Source: a virus (taxonomy: Duplodnaviria > Caudoviricetes). Taken from it: a stretch of DNA of 64,000 nt. The notes under the pieces were generated by a model, which saw only the letters and a list, made by a program, of their open reading frames with translations, was not told the origin of the DNA and searched no databases. The stretch spans positions 7,908 to 71,907 of the IMG/VR virus record IMGVR_UViG_3300025018_000145; one strand, written 5' to 3'. Positions 37,158 to 47,906 of this stretch are shown here, piece by piece. Within the stretch, counting starts at the first letter, position 1. Each line of letters begins with the position of its first letter. A program made the position numbers and the translations under genes.

Positions 37158-39790
37158 GCTGATACACCTATTACGCGATAATCGTCTACACGCGGTACGA
37201 TTAATGAGTTATTTGAAAGCAATACTGTCTTGATTGCAACAGTTGAATATCCATCATATACTTCGCCATTTTCACCAAAGTATCGAACGATGTTAATATT
37301 CTGCGGGTTTCTGTATGCCGTTTTTGGTGTCGACACCGTTGATACTTTAAAACTCGACCCAACGAGATCATTATTTGATATTGGTTCGTGTATCGTTAAT
37401 GTAGTATCGCTACCGATTGTGTTCACGACGAAGTAACCATAGTTATCTTCAAAGAATTCGGAATATATACGAATTATATCACCAACAACCAAATCTGTAG
37501 TGAACGTAGTGCCATCACCAGTTATTATATTATTGCTTAGCTCGGTTGTGATTGTTCCGTTAATCACGTTTGCTTCAGGAATAATTGTTGGAAACGAATA
37601 CTCATATTCACGATAATCATCTTTATTTTGCGAATCGCTGAATTCGTTGCGCCCACTTATAAGCTCCAATTCTGTCCACGATTTACTATCAAAGCTTTCG
37701 CTATCCTCTGTATTTAAAATCTTTGCATATACACGAATATCAGTACCAATTGGTTTAAACGCATTCTGAATGATTCGAAGATCTTCTGCGCTCGCCCCAT
37801 TCGCAAACTGTAGTTTTTTCGATATGTGTTTTGTCTTTGCATTTCCATAATTCGTGTGTTCATTTGTTGTGTCGTTATTAATCGACCATTGCTTGGTCGC
37901 GACGCTCAATTTAGATACATCAATATACGGCGTTTCATATACTTTACCGTTGATCCCATCATAATCGAATGATAGTGTAAATTTTGACGATTTCCCAGCA
38001 GTATTCCCGAAGTTATCTTCGTCATATAGGTTAGCGCTGTATTGGGCTTCAATTGATTTCGACAGAATCATTGCGTCATAATTATCAACATAGTTAGGTT
38101 CGAACAGTTTAAGATCATTTACAGTGTTGCTTAATTCATATGAACCACTGTTCGTGTTAGCGAAAACATATGTTGCATCAACTTTAAACTGACTTGGTAT
38201 TGACGCATCCATATCGGTGTTGAACACTGATATCGCCAATGCACCAACAGTCTGAATCGTCGCTTCTTCACCAGATTGAATTCCTTTAATAACATCGTTC
38301 GCCATAAAGCGAACTGATGCGTTTGCATTTGATTCACGTAATACAATTAACTTGGAGTCGATGTCATAATAATCAACACGTCCGATTGCCGTTACTTTAT
38401 AATTTGCCCCAGCCATTGAAAATTTTGCGCGATTCTTGAGTGTAGCGCGAGTAGCACCCTGTATTCCTTCAATCTCTAATATTTGTGAATTCACACCATT
38501 CGTCACAAGTAATCGATCGCCCTTTGCAATATCAGTTATGAAGTTAGTTCCTGAACCGATTAACACAGTATTCGCTGCGCTAATTGCTACATTCCCCGTT
38601 GCATTTGCGGTTTCTTTATATACATATTCACTACCAACCCAATTATCGCTCGTATTCGACACGACAATGAATTCTTGATCGATATTCACGAAGTGTATAT
38701 CGACTGGGTCTGATATATCATATTCGGCTGCATGAATATCGAATTTGAGATCGACCGTTTCCTTTTCAGTGAAGATGACGTCGAAGTTATTATTGTTTAG
38801 CACTACACTTGCATTTGTCTTAGTGAAAAAAGTTCCACGAAATTCACGACGAGAACCAACGGACGTTTCATTTGTGTTAACTAAAACATGACCCTTTTCA
38901 TGCGACCAAAATACATAATCTGGATCATCGATCACGATTGCAATACCATATAGGCGGCCAGCTTGTAAACGCACAGGAGTATCAAATTCGACAACAGTTC
39001 CAGTACTAGCATCGCTTGATACTTGAATTTCGCTCCAAGACAATGACTTAAGTGAATTCTTATACTGTTTATTTAGAACCGGGACAGTTCCATCTGTATC
39101 GACGATACATACTGTAAAACCTGGGCCCTTTCTAAGTGATCGGTTCATGTTTACATTTGGTTTGTTACGTACGAATAATGTAATATCCGTGATATCTACT
39201 GTTTTTGATCCGTTAAGTAAATTTGGATCAACGAAAAACGTTTGAATGTAATCTGCATTAAAGAATTGCTTTACATCGACAACAGGTTTATTGCCAGGTA
39301 GAATCGGTAGTGTAAATATCGGTGGTTTCACTGCCGATATCGGTTTGATTTTATCACTACTGCCAGGTGAAGTAACTTTAGCAGATTCTATAATTGTGAA
39401 ATTTTGGCGACCAACGTCGTTCGACATAGTCTTATTCTTTGAGAATGTCCACTGCTCATTCCAATTGTCATTATTTAGATTCACAGAGTCAACACCAAAC
39501 GGTTTTGCTTCTATGAATAATTCACCACTCTCCGTAGATATAAATTCAAAGAATGTATCACTCTCATTATTGTATGCAATACTTTCTCCGTATGGATTGC
39601 AGAAAGGAGTGATATCCTCGGCGTGATTACCGTCGGAGTTCGTTAAGAAGACTTTATACTTCGTACGTGTCTTAAGATTTTTGAAGTGTAACTCGATTGT
39701 GCCCGGACGCGTTGATGATTTAAACACGTTATCAATTGTGAATGCGCTCTTGGTGTTATCGTTTACACTGTTTTTAATTTTAGCTGTCAT
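37154..39790 (-). CDS. DUF4815/VrlC C-terminal-like baseplate protein
   Basis: YIQTFFVD...ITDITLF, TKHISKKL and DIRVYAK patterns match the C-terminal half of cyanophage VrlC-type proteins. Confidence 0.7.
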   Translation of the reverse strand: MTAKIKNSVNDNTKSAFTIDNVFKSSTRPGTIELHFKNLKTRTKYKVFLTNSDGNHAEDITPFCNPYGESIAYNNESDTFFEFISTESGELFIEAKPFGVDSVNLNNDNWNEQWTFSKNKTMSNDVGRQNFTIIESAKVTSPGSSDKIKPISAVKPPIFTLPILPGNKPVVDVKQFFNADYIQTFFVDPNLLNGSKTVDITDITLFVRNKPNVNMNRSLRKGPGFTVCIVDTDGTVPVLNKQYKNSLKSLSWSEIQVSSDASTGTVVEFDTPVRLQAGRLYGIAIVIDDPDYVFWSHEKGHVLVNTNETSVGSRREFRGTFFTKTNASVVLNNNNFDVIFTEKETVDLKFDIHAAEYDISDPVDIHFVNIDQEFIVVSNTSDNWVGSEYVYKETANATGNVAISAANTVLIGSGTNFITDIAKGDRLLVTNGVNSQILEIEGIQGATRATLKNRAKFSMAGANYKVTAIGRVDYYDIDSKLIVLRESNANASVRFMANDVIKGIQSGEEATIQTVGALAISVFNTDMDASIPSQFKVDATYVFANTNSGSYELSNTVNDLKLFEPNYVDNYDAMILSKSIEAQYSANLYDEDNFGNTAGKSSKFTLSFDYDGINGKVYETPYIDVSKLSVATKQWSINNDTTNEHTNYGNAKTKHISKKLQFANGASAEDLRIIQNAFKPIGTDIRVYAKILNTEDSESFDSKSWTELELISGRNEFSDSQNKDDYREYEYSFPTIIPEANVINGTITTELSNNIITGDGTTFTTDLVVGDIIRIYSEFFEDNYGYFVVNTIGSDTTLTIHEPISNNDLVGSSFKVSTVSTPKTAYRNPQNINIVRYFGENGEVYDGYSTVAIKTVLLSNNSLIVPRVDDYRVIGVSA

Positions 39791-39803
39791 TTACATTTAT
39801 TCC

Positions 39804-42800
39804 TTAACTCACACTAAGATTATTGGTTTGAGATAACACGACACGTGTTTCGGATTCTTGTTGTACCGCGTTGTTCAAATTATCGTTACTCAGATTACTT
39901 GGTGCTGTATAGTTATTTAGGAGACCTGATACACCACGAATATCACCTGGATCATTCACAATCGTCGGCAACGGACTCGTTCCTGGTGCCTGAATTACGA
40001 ACGGTGTTGGTTCGCTGTCAATTATAGGTAATGTAGTTGAGCCAACGGTTGGTAGAACTGGATCACGAACAGCGTCGGCTGGGTAGCAGATATAATATGC
40101 AAACACTGGTGATGCCTTTTGTACGATAACGCGTAAGTATCGTCCACCGAATGTTTTATATGGAATCTGAATCTTACCGATATATTTCAAGAAACCGGCG
40201 TCTTTTGAATTTGCATATACAGGATCGGCTGTTAAATTCGCGGCGTCATCGAAGTCAGGATCACGCGTCCATGTATCACCGTATGCTGCACTATCGAGTA
40301 CATAGATACCATTTAAAGTTCTTCGTTCTGTCTCTGTTAGATTATCAACGAGTGCAAGATTGTTTTTGGTGTCAAACACGGTAACGAATCCAGTTGTAGC
40401 ATTTTTACTCTGTTGAATAACAAATCGGTCCGAACCAAATGCAAGAGAGAAGTTCAACGTAATAAGCTCACCTTCAGCTTCATTATTTGAAGTCATCTTA
40501 AACGTAGTTTCTTCAGAAATACCATCCCATGTCGCAGGATTTGATTGCGCTGCGTATTCGGCTGAGGTGTTTACTGGAGTAAAGTTGAGATTACGATGCT
40601 TAATGATTCTGCATGAGTTCGCAAATGTTGGAACTGGCACCGGCCGCGGTACAACTGGGCCAGGTGATGGTGATGGTGATGGGACGCCTGGTGCCGGTAC
40701 AGGTGTAGGTGCCACAACAGCGACGGGACCAGTTGTCGCGAATGACTGTGATAGTAATTTCTTTCGACTATACGGGAAGTGGATTTCAGTTCCCTTTAGA
40801 TATTTTTTTGATTCCGTTGCAACACGCAACGGAACAGAATAATTGATCGTCGCAGGCTGCAATACATATTCATATATGGTCGAGTTATGTTCCGGTGAAT
40901 CCACATCAGTGAAGTTATAAGTTGCGAAATTATCAACGAAGAATCCAAATTTAAATCGTTCAAGTGTAGAATCGATTGTGCTTGGAATCGATAGCTGACT
41001 AATCTTATTTTCAGTCTCAGAAAGATTTGCATAATATTCAAGAATCGCGATTCTTCGATCCAACTTAGCAATATCCTCCATTGTGTAGCCACGTGTCTGT
41101 CTACGAATCTCCTCAGATGTTATACTAAAGCGATCTAAACGACGTGATGAAAATGTACCGCTGCTAATTTTCTTATCGAGAATCTGACTCATTTCAAATG
41201 ATAGATTCTTTGGATATGATGGATATGCTGGTACATCTACACGATACAATGGGAACTGATTCGGATTGAATGTATTAATTTCACGGCCCAGTAGGAATTC
41301 AAATTCGCCAGTACCATTAATCAGAATAGTGTCAACCCGTGGCAGGTAATATTCTACGTCAAAGAAGGCGTCACCTTCTGGTGTTGGGAACTGAATATCA
41401 TTAGCAACAAAGAAGTCTGAAGTATTTGCGACTGTTGGATTAATTGTTGCTCCTGCTGGCGTTAGTGCAATGCTTGCAGTAGCTTTTACGACAGGACGAA
41501 AATCAATTGATTCACGTAGATCATAGTAACGATCTTTTAATATTACTTCGCCTAATTCAGCCGTATTGATTGAATTATTAGCATCGACGTCGAGTTGTGA
41601 TAGCGATAATTCGTCGTTAATTGTATATGAATTAATTGTCTTAACACCATAATCAGATGCAGCTTCAAAACAATCAAACTCGACTAATAATATATCATCA
41701 CTGCCAATCGTGTATGCTGATTTCGGTTTCTTAACTAATAACGATAGATCATAGAAGCTTTCGTTCGTATTAACATCGACGATGAATTCATTTGTGATAT
41801 TTGTTGCTGATGTGTTATCCCCTGCATATACATTACGCAAACGAATGACATCAGGAACACCTAAACACCATGGTCCGTTTACACCATTTGAATTTGTGTT
41901 TGCTTGAATCTTTACATATGCTTTACGCGTCGCTGGTTTATCAACTGATGGCGTGTTTTCATACTTCTGATTGAATATGATACCAACTGTATTGGCACTA
42001 GTTAAATTCATACCAATGTCAATCGTAAGATTCGTCGCACCTACACTTGCACTAATGTTGCTACTATTCGCGATAGGTAATGGTATATTTGCTGGGTGAA
42101 TCTTTTTAAAGTTCTCACTGTTTAAGTTATTTAATTCACCTTCAGGTTCATATCTCGCTGACGTATTATTCGCAATTGATGTGATCGCGGCGATATCAGT
42201 TCCAACGAGAACGTAATCACCAACTCTTAGCTCTGTTAAGAACGATGTACCGAATCCGGTGATTGTTGTATTCGTAGCAGACACTGTTCCAGATAAATCG
42301 CTATTTGCAACGAGATTATTTTCAGGTACAACTGTTAATTCTGTCTTCTCTAACGTTGAGAGTGTACCAGCATACGGAAAACTTGCACCGCTCTCCGGAA
42401 CAACCGTGATTACTCCGTTACTTGAAATTGCAACATTACTTCTTGTTGTTCTAAACGTATAGTCAAGATTTGATATTGACTTAAGTGGTCTCTTTACACT
42501 AAATAACAATGAGCTCTTGTTCTTATCTTTAAGAACGGCGATTGATTTTGAATCATTTCGTGGATCGAGTTCCGTGATAACATCGGCGATAAAATTCGTG
42601 CTATAGATCGATCTTACGCTTTCAAATGAAGCACCACGATTCATTCTTATATCATATAAGTATACACGATATGAAGATTTAGAATTGCCTTGTGACCCGA
42701 GTTCTGATACAACCGATCTTATACGTGCAGTACCGATTTGAGTATTCGGGCCGACGATTGCACCGTTACCAACTGATAGTGATAGTCCAGGTGTTGAGTG

Positions 42801-44480
42801 CAATTCGAATATATCACCGGTATTATAAGAAGGTAATCCAGCGAATTCGTTTACACGAACATACGACCCATATACAACATCGATTGATGTGTTCGTAACG
42901 GCTGCGGTGTTACGCGACTTATCGACGTTCTTTGCAAAATTGCGAAGTGTCTCTACACGATAACCATTGATATATGCAAGACCCGGATCGATTAGATATG
43001 CGAATGATGTGTCAGAATTCGAGATACTTGCAGTTGAGCGCGTTGTCATCTCAAACGGATTTAATACATAGTTACCTGATTCTTCATATGTTCTTTTCGC
43101 AAGTTCATCGGCGATCTTGTTATATTCAGGCGTTGTTCGTTGTGAATATGGTCGACCCTCTGAGAATCGATATATTGGTAAGAACTGCGAATCGCCTTCC
43201 GATGCTGCATCGGATTTTACAACAAGACGCGGCGTTAATTGTAGACGATCTGCGCCAGGGGCATTCTGATTTAAAAACCCAGCGGCGTTATCAAGTAACG
43301 ATGCATCAACTGATGAATTTGCGATCGTTTCAATAGTTTCAAACCCAACAGCGATGTCGCTCGGCATATTTGAATACTTTTCAACGATAACAGACTGCGG
43401 TTCTACGTTTAAGAAGTATCCCTTCTGGTATATTTTTCCTTCGCTAATTGTCATAGAATATCCAGTACCAACTGGAACAAACGTATTATTCGCGACAGTC
43501 ACACGTGCTAAATAATTCGCGGGAAGTAAACTAAGTGTTGATACATTTGTATTGGATGCTGTTTGTGATGATATACCAACGAATGGTAATTTCGTATAAC
43601 CAGAACCACCACTAGTCACCACGATCGTATCGATCGTTCCACCAGGTGTTGTAGCGAACGTCGCGCTTGCGCCTGATCCAACATATTCGACGATTGCTGC
43701 TTCGTTTGTTGAATTTGCGCCGATAATTGTCTGTGATGTATTTAGAGACCATGCACTCGTATTTGACGTACTTAGGTCGGCATCTAATGGTTTAATCTGT
43801 AGAATAACGAATTCGTTATTTGAAACAGAGTCGGCCGCGATTAATTCAACTTGTTGACCACCTGGTTGTGTTAATGATTCACCAACAACGAACGAACTAC
43901 CAAAGGTCTTACCACCCGTTGTGTTCTGAACGGCAATTGCAGAAAGAATAACGACTCGATCAGCGTTCGAAAAACTCGTTGATCCGTTATTGATTGCGAT
44001 ATCGTATAAACGAAAATCACGATTATATACTTCAAGTGTTTCTTCTGGTTCAAATACATCTTTATTTGAATTTACACCACTGTTTAGATATCGTAGATAT
44101 AGTGTCTTGAGGTCTGGTGTTTGTGACTCAAATCCATTTACACCATCAACTATACGTGCAACGACATTAGCATTTGTACCGCGAACGAAAAGATCGACGT
44201 ATGATGGTACGCTCGCAACAGAACCTTTCTCGGTAACATCGAGAATTTTGACGAATGGCAGTTCATCATTAAATGTTGCTTGACATCCATCAAGCAATGT
44301 ACCACGCTTAAGAACGACGTCACCAAATTCTTCAATCTGATTTTGAAGAATCGTCTGTAATTGATTTAATTCTCTTACTTGAACCGCGGTTGATGGTTTG
44401 AATAGTATACGATAATAGTCTTTATCACTATCGAAGTCATCGAAGTATGGTGATGTTGTTAAGTTCTTTGAAATCGGCAT
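39804..44480 (-). CDS. DUF4815/VrlC-like large baseplate protein
   Basis: SPYFDDF...YYRILFKP..AVQ.RELNQLQ, LAKRTYEESGNY and RFKFGFFVDNF. Confidence 0.9.
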   Translation of the reverse strand: MPISKNLTTSPYFDDFDSDKDYYRILFKPSTAVQVRELNQLQTILQNQIEEFGDVVLKRGTLLDGCQATFNDELPFVKILDVTEKGSVASVPSYVDLFVRGTNANVVARIVDGVNGFESQTPDLKTLYLRYLNSGVNSNKDVFEPEETLEVYNRDFRLYDIAINNGSTSFSNADRVVILSAIAVQNTTGGKTFGSSFVVGESLTQPGGQQVELIAADSVSNNEFVILQIKPLDADLSTSNTSAWSLNTSQTIIGANSTNEAAIVEYVGSGASATFATTPGGTIDTIVVTSGGSGYTKLPFVGISSQTASNTNVSTLSLLPANYLARVTVANNTFVPVGTGYSMTISEGKIYQKGYFLNVEPQSVIVEKYSNMPSDIAVGFETIETIANSSVDASLLDNAAGFLNQNAPGADRLQLTPRLVVKSDAASEGDSQFLPIYRFSEGRPYSQRTTPEYNKIADELAKRTYEESGNYVLNPFEMTTRSTASISNSDTSFAYLIDPGLAYINGYRVETLRNFAKNVDKSRNTAAVTNTSIDVVYGSYVRVNEFAGLPSYNTGDIFELHSTPGLSLSVGNGAIVGPNTQIGTARIRSVVSELGSQGNSKSSYRVYLYDIRMNRGASFESVRSIYSTNFIADVITELDPRNDSKSIAVLKDKNKSSLLFSVKRPLKSISNLDYTFRTTRSNVAISSNGVITVVPESGASFPYAGTLSTLEKTELTVVPENNLVANSDLSGTVSATNTTITGFGTSFLTELRVGDYVLVGTDIAAITSIANNTSARYEPEGELNNLNSENFKKIHPANIPLPIANSSNISASVGATNLTIDIGMNLTSANTVGIIFNQKYENTPSVDKPATRKAYVKIQANTNSNGVNGPWCLGVPDVIRLRNVYAGDNTSATNITNEFIVDVNTNESFYDLSLLVKKPKSAYTIGSDDILLVEFDCFEAASDYGVKTINSYTINDELSLSQLDVDANNSINTAELGEVILKDRYYDLRESIDFRPVVKATASIALTPAGATINPTVANTSDFFVANDIQFPTPEGDAFFDVEYYLPRVDTILINGTGEFEFLLGREINTFNPNQFPLYRVDVPAYPSYPKNLSFEMSQILDKKISSGTFSSRRLDRFSITSEEIRRQTRGYTMEDIAKLDRRIAILEYYANLSETENKISQLSIPSTIDSTLERFKFGFFVDNFATYNFTDVDSPEHNSTIYEYVLQPATINYSVPLRVATESKKYLKGTEIHFPYSRKKLLSQSFATTGPVAVVAPTPVPAPGVPSPSPSPGPVVPRPVPVPTFANSCRIIKHRNLNFTPVNTSAEYAAQSNPATWDGISEETTFKMTSNNEAEGELITLNFSLAFGSDRFVIQQSKNATTGFVTVFDTKNNLALVDNLTETERRTLNGIYVLDSAAYGDTWTRDPDFDDAANLTADPVYANSKDAGFLKYIGKIQIPYKTFGGRYLRVIVQKASPVFAYYICYPADAVRDPVLPTVGSTTLPIIDSEPTPFVIQAPGTSPLPTIVNDPGDIRGVSGLLNNYTAPSNLSNDNLNNAVQQESETRVVLSQTNNLSVS

Positions 44481-44484
44481 TTAT

Positions 44485-46563
44485 TTAAAACTCCAAAATG
44501 ACACGTATTTGTTCTGATGATGTATTTGATCTTTCAACTGGAATATCATTTTGTATGTATATGATAGAACCAGATGTCGAATTTAGTTCGCCTTTGTATT
44601 TATTGAAACCAGCAGCGACGACTGCATTACTATCTTCACCGATAATCTCTTCTGCTGTATCAAATTCACCGACGATTTGAGTGATATACATTGTCGTATT
44701 ATCAATGATTGAGTGTAGTGATGCACTAGCACCCGAATTAACTTGATAGATTTTTTCGTTAGGAACGAAGTCTTCAAGACTTGATATTACACCAACGAGT
44801 TTCTGCATCTGATTGAATGTGTTGAAATTAGTAACGCGATCGCGAATATTGATTTCGTCGATAAACGCAATTGCATTTGAAATTGTTCCAACGATTAGAT
44901 CATTTGTTCTAAAATTTGGTTGGCACTTTTCAACGACTATGGTGTTACTGATTACGTCGGTGATTATCGCTTCACTATGTTTCTTTGCAAAATATATCTC
45001 GCAATTTGATGCTGTCCATGTAGGAGCTGAATTCAAAACCAAGTGTGTATTGCTGGTGATATTCTTAATTGTTGTGTAATGATTATAATCAGCGCTTTCA
45101 TTACTCTTAATAAGAACATACTCGCCAACGTTCAGTTCGTTAATATACTGTGTATTATTTGCAACAGATTCAACTTCTGCATTACTTGCATTTATGTTTA
45201 CATCACCATATAGGCGCTTTAATGTAATTCCATGAATAATTTCGTTTTCACGAAAAGAGCCATCTGATCCATTCGACGCGTTTGATGGTTTGACTAAATC
45301 GATTACGACATTCTCAAATAGTGGATCACGTATAATACCAAATCGCGCAAATGTATTCTCAGAGATGATTGTATTTGATTCGTTATTTTCAAAATTAATA
45401 CACATCGATATTGCACATGCGCCTAGTTCAATTGAACTATTTGCGCCATGGCCGCTTAGTGGTGGTAAAATTGGGCGAATTGATGCATGTTCAACTTCAA
45501 TCGTTTCACCCGAACTGCCGCCATTATTTGCGCCCTGTGTTCCGATTAAAATTTCTGCTTGCGCAAAGTTATAACCCGATCCAGTATTCAATACTTCAAT
45601 GCGATGAATTGAATTTGAGGCATTTGAGTTTACGATCGCTCGAGCTTCTGCTTCGATTAACTGATCACCATTACCAATGATCGAAACCATTGGACTTATT
45701 TCGTAAGTCGTTGTGATATCAGGTGTCGTTTCAAATACTGCGTTTGCTTGAACATATACACCAGCGCCGTTTGCAAATGATGAAATGATCTTTCGGTATT
45801 GTCCAGCACCTTTACCAGATGTTAAGTGTAAAATCGTATTGGCATAATAGTTTTCTACTGTTGAAGAACCAGAAGGCAGTGCATATATTGTCGGATTACC
45901 CGTGAAATCGGTATTAACGAATGATCGATTGTGTATGTGATTGTTGTAATATCGGCCAGCATCTTCAACGACAATAACATCAATAGTTCCACTTATTGAT
46001 TGCGTCTCGATCGTGACACTTGAATTTGAAACGACTGGCATATATTTCTGTGTTGAAAACTTCTCATATGTAACTGAGTCAACCGTGAACATATATTTCC
46101 ACAGATAACCATCACCAGTTTCATAAAAACCATTCTCGGCGTTAGCAACATCATCAAAGATAGGTGCAAACATCGAAGGTGCACCATTTGAATTATCGAG
46201 GCACTTATATACATGAATATATGAATCTTCGTCAACTGCAGTGAAGAACTTCTTACTAAATAGATGTACATCACGATCGTCATAGCGATCATATACTGTA
46301 CCTTCACTCCACACATATTTTGGGATGAGTAATGCGAAATCGTTTGGTATATATCTTTTACCCGCAATCATATTACGATACGTGTTAACATTAATCTCAT
46401 TAAGATTGTTAACTGGTTGTGAGACCTCTGCATCCGTATCACCCTCTGTGATATGATCCGCAATGAATGCATAATATACAGTATTGGATTCTTCAGATAC
46501 AGATTCGCGAATCTGTTCGACAATCAGTGTACGTAATTGATTTGGTATGATTCTTTTTGCCAT
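44485..46563 (-). CDS. gp8: baseplate wedge gp8 (extended)
   Basis: KYVWSEGTVYDRYDD, YKCLDNSNG, DGYLWKYMF and SGSIIYIQN..P.ERS. Confidence 0.9.
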   Translation of the reverse strand: MAKRIIPNQLRTLIVEQIRESVSEESNTVYYAFIADHITEGDTDAEVSQPVNNLNEINVNTYRNMIAGKRYIPNDFALLIPKYVWSEGTVYDRYDDRDVHLFSKKFFTAVDEDSYIHVYKCLDNSNGAPSMFAPIFDDVANAENGFYETGDGYLWKYMFTVDSVTYEKFSTQKYMPVVSNSSVTIETQSISGTIDVIVVEDAGRYYNNHIHNRSFVNTDFTGNPTIYALPSGSSTVENYYANTILHLTSGKGAGQYRKIISSFANGAGVYVQANAVFETTPDITTTYEISPMVSIIGNGDQLIEAEARAIVNSNASNSIHRIEVLNTGSGYNFAQAEILIGTQGANNGGSSGETIEVEHASIRPILPPLSGHGANSSIELGACAISMCINFENNESNTIISENTFARFGIIRDPLFENVVIDLVKPSNASNGSDGSFRENEIIHGITLKRLYGDVNINASNAEVESVANNTQYINELNVGEYVLIKSNESADYNHYTTIKNITSNTHLVLNSAPTWTASNCEIYFAKKHSEAIITDVISNTIVVEKCQPNFRTNDLIVGTISNAIAFIDEINIRDRVTNFNTFNQMQKLVGVISSLEDFVPNEKIYQVNSGASASLHSIIDNTTMYITQIVGEFDTAEEIIGEDSNAVVAAGFNKYKGELNSTSGSIIYIQNDIPVERSNTSSEQIRVILEF

Positions 46564-47906
46564 TATGGTCTCACTGATTTATATGGATGATCGGCTGGTA
46601 ATAGCGATGTTAAGTTGCATTCATGTAGCGCCCATCCTTCGATCTTCTGTCTAGTATTCGCGTCTGGCATACTCTTTGAAAAACCGACCATGCGAATATT
46701 ACCATCGAAAAACTGTGATCCGTTAAGAAAACTAAGAACCATTATAGCGCTTCCACTTCTGGTTCCAGCCGCAGTGTTAGCTTCGAGTCCACCGTTTAGC
46801 CACGCTCGCGCTGTGTTTGCACTTAACCCACCACCAATCATTGCCCATTCATTTAATGTATATGGAAGTGCTACTTCAGGAGAACCGAGTGAATCTGTTT
46901 GAAAGAAAATTACTTCGTTGTTACCAGATTTTGCACTTAAGACAAAACCATTTCTACCAACGGTATCATTACCACAGAAGATTCTATTGCCACCCGAAAC
47001 TGATGTCGAAGCCGACGATATGCTACGTGCTTTAAACACCACCCACATATAGTAATCACCATCATCAGATCCAATATCATCATAGTTGTCGAAATTACTG
47101 AACATCGCATGTGTTGACGCATTGAATTCTAGAACATTACCAACGGTGACATCATTGATGATACTCATTGACTGATTATTCGATGCAAATAGAAACTTGT
47201 TATCATCAAGTAAATCTTTCGTATCATCATATTTCACGAAATCGGTATTCGCACCATACTGAATGTTGTATATGTTATATGCCGACCCAAAATCAAAGTA
47301 TGATGTTTCTGGTATTTCCTTCGGTGACCATATATGGTCAGTATATGCGAAATGATCAGAACTCGATACATTTAATGAATCAGGATTCGTTATTACGACG
47401 TTAGCAGCACCTATGCTACCGGCAGGTGTCTTACACGAAATGATGTTCGTCGAAATAACAGTCAAGTCATCGACTAAATTACTATTGAATGTGACGCTTG
47501 CGCCATATTCAAAATTATTACCTTGAATGATAATATCGGTGTTACCTAATTCCGTGCCGCTATTTGGTGTTATAGATGATATTGTTGGCGCAGAGTTTGA
47601 CACCTCAACGACCGATGGTTTGAACCATTCGGCCACTGCACCATTTAATACACCGTCAGGGTCGCTAATATGAACATAATAATCACGATTCGGATTTAAG
47701 TTAGCAATGACGAATTCGCCATTATTATCACTTACACCCTCAGCAATGCATTTCTTTCGTCTTTGATCGTATATACGATATACCATCGACTGTGCAACGC
47801 CGTTTTTCTTGGTGACAATTCCAGTTGTGTTTGAACTAAACTCAGCATTACCTGAAATAAGCTCAATGGTGTTACCTACTCTTCCACCACCAATATTCCT
47901 GATCAT
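46563..47906 (-). CDS. virion protein: transthyretin-like domain + IPT/TIG domain + LamG-like domain
   Basis: SDNNGEF...LNP..DYYV, ISSITPNSG...G.NF...TP (IPT) and a C-terminal FFDGNI concanavalin-like region. ATGA overlap sets the start at 47906. Confidence 0.65.
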   Translation of the reverse strand: MIRNIGGGRVGNTIELISGNAEFSSNTTGIVTKKNGVAQSMVYRIYDQRRKKCIAEGVSDNNGEFVIANLNPNRDYYVHISDPDGVLNGAVAEWFKPSVVEVSNSAPTISSITPNSGTELGNTDIIIQGNNFEYGASVTFNSNLVDDLTVISTNIISCKTPAGSIGAANVVITNPDSLNVSSSDHFAYTDHIWSPKEIPETSYFDFGSAYNIYNIQYGANTDFVKYDDTKDLLDDNKFLFASNNQSMSIINDVTVGNVLEFNASTHAMFSNFDNYDDIGSDDGDYYMWVVFKARSISSASTSVSGGNRIFCGNDTVGRNGFVLSAKSGNNEVIFFQTDSLGSPEVALPYTLNEWAMIGGGLSANTARAWLNGGLEANTAAGTRSGSAIMVLSFLNGSQFFDGNIRMVGFSKSMPDANTRQKIEGWALHECNLTSLLPADHPYKSVRP

